A DNA stretch of 56,382 nucleotides, taken from NCBI GenBank assembly GCA_963575745.1, contig CAUYUJ010000093.1:62001-118382 (forward strand), given 5' to 3'. Within the stretch, counting starts at the first letter, position 1. Each line of letters starts with the position of its first letter. Below the pieces are notes generated by a model that worked only from the letters and a program-made list of their open reading frames with translations, made no database searches and was not told where the DNA came from. The position numbers and the translations under genes were made by a program. This document shows positions 33,148 to 44,915 of the stretch, in pieces. This DNA is from Prorocentrum cordatum (taxonomy: Eukaryota).

Positions 33148-34128
33148 TCACAAAGAGGAGGAGATCCACAGATTTGCAATCCACTTCGTTCCACGACGCA
33201 CGGGGCAACCTGAATGCATTGATTCCCGGACGAGACGCGCATCGCCATCACTACCCTCCATATTGTACCATAAGACGGCATCTCCGGCCTTAGGCGCAAT
33301 GACGAGGGCCCCAGAGCCAGACCTGCATGTCCGCACTGGGAGGCAGTCGATCTTGAGCCTCTCCCACTCCAAATCGCTGATGTTTCGCCCAGCGTATGGG
33401 AAAACCAGCTCGCCACCCTTGAAACCGTCGTTGAGAAAGACCTCCAGTGTTGCTCGTCGGTGCAAATACCCTTCGGTGGTGTCCGTGTGGCAAGAGTAGT
33501 GACCTCGGCGACCGTAGCGCACTACCTGAAGTGGCTCGCTGCCAGCCCCGAGCAAGCCTGGCAATGGCAAGTCCAGAAGGCTCGCGGCGCGTTGGACGAT
33601 CTCAGCAGCCACATGATGGAGTTGTGCAGGAATCCAGGTCTGCTCCGAGAAACGATTCGCTAGGTGAGGTTGATCAGTTCGGAGACTCTGCAGATATTCC
33701 AACCAGTCAAAGCGAACGAATTCTTCTGATCCGAGCCTGTCGCTGCGTGCAGCGGTTAGAAGATGCGTGTGGTTGTGGTTCGCCATATTAAACCACTGGG
33801 ACAAGAAATGCCGAGTCTCCGTTGTGCAGAGAAGCCCATCTTTGTTTGAGTCTGCTTGAGCAAAGACCAACTCTTTCTGCTTGGGGTCACCATGCCAAAC
33901 AGCCATCTGCTCTATACTGTTTTGAAGTCCAGGATCCTCTGACACTGTCCCACTGCGAGCAAGATTGAGCTCAGCAGCTGAAATCAATTCCTTTGCACTT
34001 GCCTGGGAAAGAAAGCTTTTGAAGTGACGCAACAAGGGCCTCTCTCCAATATGCGTTGGTGCGGCATGTCCGGCGTCAGCAACAGCAGCCATTAAAAATG
34101 GCACCGCCATGATGGATACCACAAACAT
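33148..34128 (-). CDS. Intronless 2OG-Fe(II) prolyl 4-hydroxylase with N-terminal hydrophobic signal and EF-hand insert (P4HTM-like), 326 aa
   Basis: MFVVSIMAVPFLMAAVADA; FKSFLS...ELI; EF loop DSNKDGLLCTTE; RFSEQTWI; SEPLQVVRYGRRGHYSCHTD (HxD); GGELVFP; PKAGDAVLWYN; SMHSGCPVRRGTKWIANLWI (distal His and 2OG-binding Lys). Alternative ATG at 34209. Confidence 0.92.
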   Translation of the reverse strand: MFVVSIMAVPFLMAAVADAGHAAPTHIGERPLLRHFKSFLSQASAKELISAAELNLARSGTVSEDPGLQNSIEQMAVWHGDPKQKELVFAQADSNKDGLLCTTETRHFLSQWFNMANHNHTHLLTAARSDRLGSEEFVRFDWLEYLQSLRTDQPHLANRFSEQTWIPAQLHHVAAEIVQRAASLLDLPLPGLLGAGSEPLQVVRYGRRGHYSCHTDTTEGYLHRRATLEVFLNDGFKGGELVFPYAGRNISDLEWERLKIDCLPVRTCRSGSGALVIAPKAGDAVLWYNMEGSDGDARLVRESMHSGCPVRRGTKWIANLWISSSL

Positions 34129-34479
34129 GGTGCTGATGGAATACGTGGAGCTGGTATCAACCCTAACGCTGCGCGGGCTTGAGTTGTGCACAAGCAATTG
34201 ACATATCATATTTTACCGTGTGAGGTGCGTTCTCTTTCTTGATGTACCTACCCTGTGGTTTTGTGATAAAACAGTCTGGCATCACATTCACTGCGCAGTC
34301 AACCATTTAATCGTGCACATTTCGCTTGCAGAATAATTACCCACATCCTAAGCGAGGTTCTTGCTTTCCCAGAACTTCTTCCCCTTCCTCACCTCCTCGT
34401 CCTCCTCCACCTCCTGCTCCTCCTCATCTTCCTCACGCAACTTCCACACACCCTTCTCTGGCAAGCCCTTCCCACTCAA

Positions 34480-35660
34480 CCAGCCTGTCAAATTTCGTGC
34501 CCTCCCCACTTCTTGCAAGCTCTTCCCACTCCACCGGCCTCGCTAGCGTCACCTGGCCCTCCAAGGAAGCCCCGCCAGACCGCGGCAGGCATCGGGATAC
34601 TGTATGATTCATCCAGTTTCGTGCCCTCCCCACTCCAGAAGCCCCGCCACCTCCCCACCCTCACCACTCTACCAACCTCGCCAATGTCACCTGGTACTCC
34701 AAAGAAGCCACGCCCGACCACGGCAGACATCAAGCCTCCTGCCCTGCCCACTCCACTAGCCTCGCCAATGCCACCTGGCCCTCCAAGAAGGCCCCGCTTG
34801 ACCGCAGGAAAGACCCGGATACCGTGTCATGTATGAAGTTTCGTGCCCCCCCCACTCCATCAGCCTTGCGAAGGCCACCTGGCCCTCCAAGGAGGCCCCG
34901 CCGAACCGCGGCACGCCTCAGGAGACCGTACCATAAAGCAAATCTCGTGCATTCCCCACCCCACCAACCTCGCCAACGTCACCTGGCTCTCCAAGGAGGC
35001 CCCGCCAGACCAGGGCAAGCGTCAAGACACCCTGGTATGTATCGAGTGGCGTGCCCTTCCAACTCCGCCAGCCCTGACAGTGCCATCTGGCCCTCCATGG
35101 AACAAGCCCCGCCAGACCGCGGCAAACATCCAGAAGCCGTGCTACTTATCAAGCTTCCTGCAACAAATACCCCCAAGAATTGTAAAAACATCGTTCCCAG
35201 ACTATTTATTGACTGTCTTTGACTATTCCTCCCGTAAAAGGACACGCCCGACTTAAAGCAAGCATTCGAATGCCGTGTTATTGATCAAGTGTCGTGCCCT
35301 CACTTCCACCAGCCCCGACGATGCCACCTGGCTCTCCGAAGAAACCCAGCCAGACCGCGGCATGCGTCGGGATACCGTGTCATGCGTTAGGTTTCGTGCG
35401 CTCCCCGCCCCACCAGTCTCGCCAGTGCCACCTGGCCATGCTGTAGGGATGCCCTGGAGGAGCGACGAGGGGGAAATGAGTGATGAGGGACCGCGGCAAG
35501 GAATCGGAACATCAATTTATCTATTCATATGGCTTCGTGCCTCTCCCACTCCTCCCGTGCCCCTCACGCCCCTCCCAAAGAAACCCATCAAACGTCGTGC
35601 CTCTCCCACGACTCCCGTGCCCCTCCCGCCCCTCCCAAAGAAACCCAACAAGACCGCGGC
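34480..35660 (+). repeat. Third ~80-bp satellite family (TTTCGTGCCCTCCCCACTCC...CACCTGGCCCTCCAAGGAGGCCCCGCCAGACCGCGGCA)
   Basis: Roughly ten degenerate units. Confidence 0.8.
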
Positions 35661-36879
35661 ATGAGATCGAAATTCCAGAACTACCGACATCCTAGGATGG
35701 GGTGTTTGCTGATGTCTGTACCCAGATGCCGCCGCCTCACTCACATCCTTCCGCCCCCCTTTTCCCTCTTCTCTTTCCTCACTCATTCAACCCCTTCCCC
35801 CTATTTGTTCGGTTGACCCTGGCTGAGTCTGAGCATTCACCCAGCTTGCTTGACGCTTGAGTAGGGGGCTTTTACAAAGATGACTTTGACTCTGTTCAAG
35901 GGGATCTCGACAACATCTAGATACCAGCTTACGGCGAAGATGGCCGAATCTGGCTTCGTGCCTATACCACTTCTGATGGAGCGCTATAATGTAACGAATG
36001 ACACTATCAACGGGAAGGCGAGGAGAAGGAACGGAATCTGATGCATAGAACATGAAACCTCCATTGAACAACGCGAGGTCCGCCGTGACAGCGATACTGA
36101 CCTTACATTCGATTGCGACGTCCGCAATTCAACGTGTGTGACGTTCCGTTTTACAGGATCACGCTGTGTCTTTGAAAACGTCTTTGAACTGGAGCGAGAC
36201 AGAGTTTTCTCCCGAAGCGTTCTACCAGGACGGGTAGTTGACGATAAGGATAACCTATCATATTCAGACGGCGGGGGCCGCAACGTCATGAACCCGCTGA
36301 ACGGTTTCGAACACCCCTCAGACAAATTACACCCGCAATGTCGATCTAGTGGGGGATGGGGTGGCCAGGCTTTGCTCATACTGCATCATGATGGGTACTT
36401 GAATTAAGTCACGACGATATGCCAATACAATGTGGTGTCGCAAACTCCACTTTACGTGCAGTATTGTAGTGACTCCGCCTTTGACTCCGCCTTTGCCTTG
36501 CGTGTCGCACAAAATGATGTGTGAAGCTATTGAGCATCAATTCCGAAGCCATGCCAAACATGTTGCAGGCCGCGGAACAACTACTTGGGTGACGAACACG
36601 AAAGCTGACGCGACGAATGATGGCCATAGTGCGACCGTAACGCTGGATGACAGATGAGCGAAGTTGGCATGCATGTGTTCAGCAAGCTGCGCTCGCAGGC
36701 GAGCCACTGGTGCCTCTCTAGCCGGTTGAGCCAGAGCTGCCTCCAATCGCCCAGTCCACGGTCATTTCAGCTTGGCTAGGTACGCGCAGAAGTCCTGCCC
36801 AGGAGTCGGGCAAAGCTCTTGCCACCCACGCGGCGGCCTTACGACGATGCGACCTATCGGCGTACTATGGCGACTGTGG

Positions 36880-37240
36880 AAGCAGGAAGGCCCATAATCG
36901 AATCGATTAGTCGGATCGGCGATCGATATGATGAATCGGATCGGCGGATATCGGCAGCCGAATCGGGAAATGCGAATCGGCGGACATCGGCAGGCCAGCC
37001 CGCGTCCAATGCGAAATCGGAACCCACATCGGACTCGTAAGTCGAATCGAATCGGAGGAATCGAAGTGCGCCCTCCTCCTCCTCCTGATCCTCCCCCCTC
37101 CTCCTCCTCCTCCGCCACGTCTTCACTTACCTCCGACGTCTTATCACGCGTCCCGTCACCCTCGAGGGCCGAGGTATCCAGGGGCGGCGGAACAGGCCGT
37201 AAGGCCATACCAATCGAATCGAATCGGAGGAGTCGAAGTG
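36880..37240. repeat. GAATC/ATCGG-rich short-period repeat
   Basis: GAATCGAATCGG motifs recur. Confidence 0.65.
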
Positions 37241-37242
37241 AG

Positions 37243-37880
37243 CCCTCCTCCTCCTCCTCCTCCTCCCCTTCCTCCTCCTCCTCCTCCTCCTCCTCCTCCC
37301 CCTCTCCTCCGCCTCCTCCCTCCTCCTCCTCCTCCCTCCTCCTCTCCTCCTCCTTCCTCCTCCTCCCTCCTCCCCTCCTCCCCTCCTCCTCCTCCTCCTC
37401 CTCCTCCTCCTCCTCCTCCTCTCCTCCTCCTTTCCTCCTCCTCCTCCTCCTCCTCTCCTCGCTCCGCCTCCTTCTTTCTCCCCCTCCTCCTCCTCTCCTC
37501 CTCCTCCTCCTCCTCCTCCTCCTCGATCCTCCTCGATCCCTCCTCCTCCTCGATCTCGTCCTCCTCCTAGATCCTCCTCCTCGATCCTCATCCTCGATCC
37601 TCCCCTCGATCCTCTCCTCGATGCTCCTCCTCGATGCTCCTCCTCCTCCCTCTCCCTTCCTCCTCTTCCTCCGTCGCCCCTCCTCCTCCTCCTCCTCCCC
37701 CTTTCCCCCTTTTTAGTTCTCTCCTCCTCTTCTCCTCCTCCTCCTCCTCCTTCTCCTCTTCTCCTCCTCCTCCTCCTCCTCCTCCTCCTCCTCCTCCTCC
37801 TCCTCCTCCTCCTCCCCCCTTGTTCATCCTCCTCCTCTTCCTCCTTCTCCTCCTCCTCCTCCTCCTCCTCCTCCTCCTCG
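37243..37880 (+). repeat. Long (CCT)n microsatellite
   Basis: Direct reading. Confidence 0.95.
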
Positions 37881-38649
37881 GCGACGGTCATGCCGTCGGG
37901 GCTAGTGTGGACGCCAGGCTGAAGGTCAGCGACAGCACCCGCAGCACCTCCAGCAAAGTCGAAGCTGCCCTGCGCAGGCGCCCAGTGCAGCAACCGCTGC
38001 TCGAAGAGCCTCACTGGTCGCAGGCGCCAGGCCATAGCAATGGCCAGAGTTCGAAACCTGCTCATCGGCGGGCGCGGGGACCTGCTGGAGCGACGCTGCC
38101 GTGTCGCGCTTCTCAGACAGGATGGCTCCCTCACCGCCAGAAAAATCCCGCTCGTCGAGGATATCTTAAAAGCCAGCAAAGCGCTTGCCTGCTGGCGCAG
38201 CCGCGACCAACTCAGGGAATGCCACTCCCTCTTCAACATCCTCTCCCGAGTCGTCCTCGCAGTGGTCAAGGAGAAGGCCAGCCGGCATATCGTCTTCATC
38301 GTCAGCGAGCGCCGCGTCAGCGGCCGCCGTCATGAGCAAGTCCTCGTCGTCTGACACCCCTGAAGCAAGAGCATCTGCACCGCCCGCAAAAAAAGTGAAC
38401 GCCGCCCCGACGAACCGGAAGAGGCTTCGAGCAATGAGCCTGGGATATTCAGCATCCACATCACCATCTCCCGCTAGTCAGCGCTAAGCGAGTAAGTGTC
38501 GTCGAACTACTGGATCGCTGCACGCATCTGGGCAACCGTGAACGTATCCGAGAGGGCCAGTGCGGGGGCGTCAGCGCCCTGCAGCGTCGAGGTACACAGC
38601 CTCAGAGACTGCCGAGCTCAAGGTGCGCAGCGCCATCACCAAGTCCTGG

Positions 38650-39375
38650 GGTGCGGTCGCGGGGAAGGCCCCCGCCGCCCTCGGACTTCCAGCCGACATA
38701 AGAGAGAGAGAGAGAGAGACCAGCACCAGGGAGATCGCCAACACGAAGCCATCGACATCGAGCGGTCGCGGGGAAGGCCCCCGCAGCCGTCGGGCTTCCA
38801 ACCGACATATTAGACTGACCGGCGCCACATGGATCGCTCGCTGGAAGCGCGACGGGGGGGGGGCCTCCACCGCCGTCGAACGCCCATCCGACATGTTAGA
38901 GTGCTCTGCGCCAGGAGGGCCGCCCGCATGGGGCCCATCATCATGCGCGGTCGCAGTGAGGGCCCCAACCGCCGACAGAACACCAGTCGACATACCAAAG
39001 TGTACTTCAGCAGGGATATCTGCTGCAAGCGGCTCTTGTACTTGCGCGGTCGCGGGGGAAGCCCCCGGCGCCGTCGGCGTTTCGACCGACGTACCAGGGT
39101 GAACTTCAGCAGGGGCATCAGCCGCAGGTGGATCTTGCACTTGCGCGGTCGCAGGGAAGGCCCCCGCCGCCGTCGGGCTTACAGTCGACATGCCAGAGTG
39201 AACTCCACCAGCGGCACCGTCTGCACGAGGCTGTTCTCCGCGCGCGGTCGCGGGGGAAGCCCCCGCCGCCGTCGGAGCTCAAACCGACATGCCAGACTGG
39301 GAACCATCATGGGAATCGCTATGACCTCGCCGATCCTTTGGTGCGGTCACGGCGACAGCCCCCGCGGCAGTCGGA
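38650..39375 (-). repeat. ~99-bp tandem repeat with in-frame coding potential (33-aa unit, PTAAGAFPATA...)
   Basis: GCGGTCGC(G/A)GGG(G)AAG(G)CCCCCGCCGCCGTCGG recurs near 38653, 38762, 38948, 39046, 39145, 39244 and 39343. Confidence 0.75.
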
Positions 39376-42300
39376 TAATCAATTGGCATTTCGCCAGCGA
39401 AAGCGATAGTCGATCCTCCCACAGGACCGTCAGGATAGACAACTCCGCAAACGTGTGCAGCCATGGCCGCGTCGAAGTCGTCATCTCCACTCGTGTTGTC
39501 CGAAGCATCAGGGCCCATGGCAATAGGTGGAGGCATATCGGGAGGTGGCTCGCGAAAGAAGACGTCGCCATCGGATCTCTGGAAATATGGTCATGTCCGT
39601 CACTTGAGCGGCGGATCGCAGCTTGGACTTGAGCCTCGAACTCTGTAACACATAGATTAGGTCCAAGGTGGCGGGAGTATTCCGAAGGGTCTATCACATC
39701 ATCTTCGCAGAGCGGCTGGTGAACTGTGCTATGGCCGTCGGCGCCCTCGCCATCGGCAGCCGCAGACTCGTTCATCATGGCAATGTAGGAGTCAGTAGGA
39801 ATGGGGTACCCAGACTGGCCAGTACCATCAGCATATTCATCAGGGCCCTCATCATCGGCCGCGACCCCGTTGCACAGGCTGGGTGCGAGGAGGTGCGGCA
39901 GCAGATGAAGGTGTGGGAGCAGCGACGGCGGTGGTCCAGCTTGAGAGACCCGTTGCACTGCGCGGAAGTCTTCCAGCTCAGACTCGCGCGCGCGCAATGT
40001 TGGCGGCCCAGCTCCTCTGCCGCAAGTGCGCCAGCGCCCCGCGTCGGAGGATGGCAGTGCGCATGCGGTCGTGGAGCGGCCAAGGATTGCGCAAGTGCAC
40101 CCATGTCTGCTCGCGCGGGAACGCAAGTAAATACCACCCACTCATACGAAGATCGATAGCGAGAACTCATCTGGCACTGGCACTTGTCGGAGCTGAGTTG
40201 GGCTGTCGCCGCGAAGTATGCCGACGAGGTCGAAAAAGCGCGTGCCGCAGCAAGTTGGCGACATAAGGAACACACCGCTCCATCCACTGTTGAGAATCAC
40301 TGCCCACAGCGCACTTAAATATAGATGGGAGCCAATGCTGCGCCCAAACAGAAATCCGATCCCCCAGGTCACGCCGGACTTGAAATCCGGGAGGAAGCCG
40401 AGGACGCCCACCAGGGACGCCAGAGCGAACAGGGACAACAAATGCAAACAAAAGAGCGGGCGCCCCAAGTCGCGTGGATGGACTGGAAGACGAGCTCGAC
40501 GAAGACGGCGCCGGCGAGGTCGAGGAGAACCTCGAGGGAGGAGGTGTCGAACGCGACCCCGTCGGAGAAGCCTGCTCGTGAACCCAGTCTGCGCAGCCAA
40601 GCATCTCGATGTCCTGCGCTACGGACTCCCTGCGCAAGATCATAGCGCAGTGGTCCGCATCAATGTCGAGCGCCAGTTCCGCCAGAAATTCTCGGTCTCT
40701 CGGGCGCGCAGGAAGAATGAGCTCCCGAACATGAGGGATGAGGGGAATTCCAGAGTGCACCCAGCACCGCGGGGCAAGCTGTTGTTCACCACGGACACGA
40801 AGTGCTCGGCGGCCCGAGGGCTCCCAATTTGGCCAGGGCCCAGAACGATGCCGAAGCAACCGTTGCCGACTGACTGCAGAACTGTGCCATCCCGCGTGGG
40901 CCATCGCGGAGCTGGGGGCCATTCGCGCGCTCGCCGATGGCGCCTCAGCCGAAAAGAGCCCCAAGCAAGCCCGATGCAGAAAGATGTCAGCAATCATGTC
41001 CGCATACCAGACCATCCAGTCCTCGAGGTCCAGTCGCTGTGAGGCCGTAAGGCGCATGGGGCGGCGTCCAGTTTCGCGCCCAGGGTTCGACCAGTTCACT
41101 GAGGACCCACAGCAGTTTAAGCAGGACCTGACAAGTGCCAATAGGGGCCTCGATGGCAAAGTGCTGCTCGCCGTATGCCACTGGGTATCGCACGCGATGT
41201 GGGATCAGATCATGCAGGACATGATGTCCGACAGGTAGCTCGCCCAGGAGAGGTGGGGCGCTGTTACCCATGAGCCTGCTGAATCCACGGAAGCAGCCGG
41301 TTGTGACGATACAAATGGGGACAACGGCTTCCTAGAAGCACGAACTCTCCCTGCGGCAGGGTGGGCCAGCGCCCGCGCGCGCATGGCGCCGCGCGCGGCA
41401 TGGGGCAGCGCGCCAGGAGCGACAAAACCGAGATGACGCAGGTCGTGGTAGATGATGGTCGTCATCTGGCCGTTCATGAGATCGTCGTCGAGTTTACCCC
41501 TGCGGCCGAGGACATCGCCAGGAAGCGGGCGCCTGCCACCCGACTGGGGCATCGCTATGCCCCGAGCTAGGTCACGACACAACCAGTAGTGACCAATATC
41601 ATCCTTGCATCCCTCGCACCTGGAGATACATGAGCGGAGCCCAGTTGGGGTGGATATTCTTGTGGATGTAAGCCAGCCACCCCAGGGCACCCGCAACGTA
41701 AACGACGCCCGCGCCATGGGAATCGACCGGATCTTTTTTGGCAGGGCGGACCAAGGTAACCCACGAAGCTCAGTGCCTCTTGTGGGGATGCCACTTCGTC
41801 CAGCGACGGATAATGGTGTCTACCAGCGGGAAGTCGCAGTCGGAGGCGTCCGTCAGAAAGGGGCTCATCACGTCGCGAAGAAGGGCGCTGTATGCTGTGC
41901 GCTGAACCGATCGCCGAGCAGCAGGGCGTTCGTGAAGAAGGGCATTGGCTGCCGCCGCACCAATGGAATTGTTGGCACTGGTCCCCTGCGCCAGATACTC
42001 GACAAGGGCTGGGACTTTCCAGAAGCACGGTCGCAAGTTGCCCGCGTGGTCCGCGACTGCGCGGGGCCCAGCGCTCAGCCGCAGTGCGAAGGCGACGGAC
42101 ATGCCCTGCGTGCTCGGGATGAGGGGACAAACCCGACCGAATAAGAGCAGACTTCCACGAGGGCGCAGGGGCGCGCAGCTTGCCCCCCCCCCCCCCCATT
42201 GTCTGAGACAAAGAAGTCGATGCACCGCAAGGAGCCTCCAGGAAACCGAAGGCGTCGCACCAAGACACGAATATCTCAAACTGCTGTATCGAGTGGCAGC

Positions 42301-44029
42301 AATTGGGCCGCGTGCCCCATCGTCGGGAGCGCCCTTGTCGCGTAGTTGATGAAGTTCTGCAAAGCAAGCGCCGAGGGCGCTGCGAGCGCTGCCACGCTAG
42401 AAAGGCCTGTGGCCCAAGGCGCTTCCCAGGAGAGCATCGCAGAGGCGCCAGGCCCAAGCCACATGTCTAAGTATAAAAGTGTAGCCTCTATTCTGGATGC
42501 CTTCCAACCGGCAATGCGCAGCTCCAAATAATCCGAGACGGTGGCAGCCGGGGTGAGCCCATGCGCGCCAGCAATCGGGGCGATCCCGCACAATGGTGGC
42601 TTGATCTTCAGATTTGCAAGTTTCCCGGCGACCGCCATGGTGCGATGAGGGAAGCGGAGATCAACGCGATCAAAGTGAATGCCTCACATATCGCCCGCGC
42701 CTGCTCGAAAGAGTCCGCGATGAGGAACTTCCAGTCCGAGCCTGAGTTCTCGAGGAAGGGAGACGTCGCCACGGCGACAAGGCTGCCAGAGAGCGCGCAG
42801 CCTTGCATGATGCCGCAGCAGATCTGGAAGAGGTCCCGCGCGATCCCCGCAACGCGGCCGACAGCGATGACCATCGCGTAGAGCGACCGAAAAGCCGCCA
42901 GTCAAGCGCTAGAGAGGCGCAGCTATTCCAGAATTGCAAAGAGGTGCTCCTGGCTGAGGCTGGGGAACGCCTGGCCGAAGTCCAGTGCTACCAGGAGTGG
43001 GCGCTTGGTTTCAGCCTGCGGTGCCACTGATGCCACTCTTGCCATGACGTCGATCTCGGGGATGTTAGAGGCGAACTGACGGCCAGCGATGAAGCCGCGC
43101 TGCGCCATGGACGTCGTCAGCTGCAGAATCGGGGTGAAGGAGGCGCTGAGCATCGCCGAGATGACCTTCATATCGGTATTCCGCAGCCCAAGCATGCGAA
43201 CAGAATCTGGGGACCGATCAATACCTCTTTCTTGGTCGTCGCTCGCCTGACAGCCACTGGGCAGAAAAACTTGCAACGTGTACCCCGATGCCGTGAAAGG
43301 CTCCTGACCATCCACCAACCAAACACACGCTCGCCATAGTCCCTCTGCCCCTTCACCGTGACCGGCCCACGCCGCGCATGGGAGACCATCGACGCCTGGT
43401 GCCGACCGAGACAGAGCCAGCCGGCGAAGGGTACGAGCAAGTAGTCGGGTAGTCGCAGGCCCGATGGTGGCGCCATGCTCGGGTAGTCGCAGGCCGTGAC
43501 AAACTTCTGCGCGCGCAGCTTGGCGCGCAGGGGAAATGTTGGCGGCCGCGCCGGAACAGGGGCCCAATCGTCTGCGAGAGCCGTCAGTTTCGCCTCTGGA
43601 TCTGCGTTGAACGAGTCACCGACGCGCGCGGCTCGAAGCGTGAACTGTTTTGCAGGCGGAACCCACAATCTCGCCTTCCGCCGCGCAGCAGAAATCATCT
43701 CCGACGCCAATTTGGCCCGCCCTGTCCCGCGAAGCGCGTCCTGGTTCAGGGCTGCGAGGTCGCGCTCAGCCACCGCGCGTCGCACTGGGGCCAACCGGGC
43801 CTGGAAGGCGACGAGGTCGACCAGCTCAACCCCCGCAAACGACACAGACATCCAACTGCGGGCCACTTCCGACGAGTTCAAGACCTGGACAGCCACCGCC
43901 GCGCCCTGCCCCCAGACGGCCCGCGCAGCTTGCCGCGCAAAGATCAGCTGGTCGCCCAGGCTGTCGGCGTCGCCCGCCCATATTTGATGCAGAGCATCGC
44001 GCGAAGCCGCGCCGACGGAATTCTAGAAT

Positions 44030-44915
44030 CAAGAAAGGTTTCAACCGAACTTGTAACCGTGCACCGACGGCCCCTGCAACCGAACCGCCCAAGCCGGAAC
44101 CCAAACCAGACCGACTGAAACTGAGCCGGCTGATTCGAACCAACCGGCCGATCGAAGCCGGCCCGAACAATCAACCCGAACCGGTGGAACCGAACCGGCC
44201 CGCCCAAGATGCTGCCGAGACGGCCCGAGAGGGCCCCAAGACGGGCTCCGTAAAGTTCCAGCGGCCGGCGGCTCCATGGGGGCCCCAGGTTGGACCGAGA
44301 GGGCACCAGGGCGGCCCATGATGGCCCCCAGGGGCTCCCCAGAGAGCTCCGAGACGACGCCCCCCGACGGATGCTACAACAAAAGGGTGCGTTGTCGCGC
44401 CCGTTGGGGCCCTGTTAGGGCACCGACGAAACGGCCCGGGAGAGCTCCGCCAGGGAGCCCCCGCAAGGCTCCAAGAAGGCCCCCCCTCAGTGAGCTCGGA
44501 GGCGGCCCCCCAACGGAAGGCCTCGGCGAGCCTTTTTCGGGCCTCCAGACCTGGGGCCCGGACCTGAGGTCTGGACCTGAGGTCTGGACCTGGATGTCCG
44601 GGCCTGAGGTCCGAACCCGAGGTCCGGACCTGGGGCCTGCATGGACCTGAGGTCCGCGCCCGAGGTCCCTGGGGTCCGGGCGACCCGGCCCCCGAACCCC
44701 CGACGCCCCTCGGCCCCGAGACCTCATCGGCCCTGACCGTCGCTCCCAGGGCCCCTCGGTCCCAGGACTCTCCGACCCCCGGGGGCCTTAGGTGGCCCGA
44801 AACCGAACCGGGCCGCCCGAGCCCGAGCCGCCCCAAGGCAAACCGAACCGGCTCAAACCGAACTGGCGCCGAACCCGAACCGCAGCAACAACCGAACCGG
44901 CCCGAACCGGCCCCG
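44030..44915. repeat. Nested insertion in the decayed LINE: GAACC(G) pentamer/hexamer arms with GGACCTGAGGT repeats inside
   Basis: Simple-repeat block separating the APE and RT fragments. Confidence 0.7.

Noticed and set aside
34165..34200. Possible SL relic upstream of the P4H gene (CTCAAG on the minus strand)
   Set aside because: Only the last 6 nt match, which is expected by chance.
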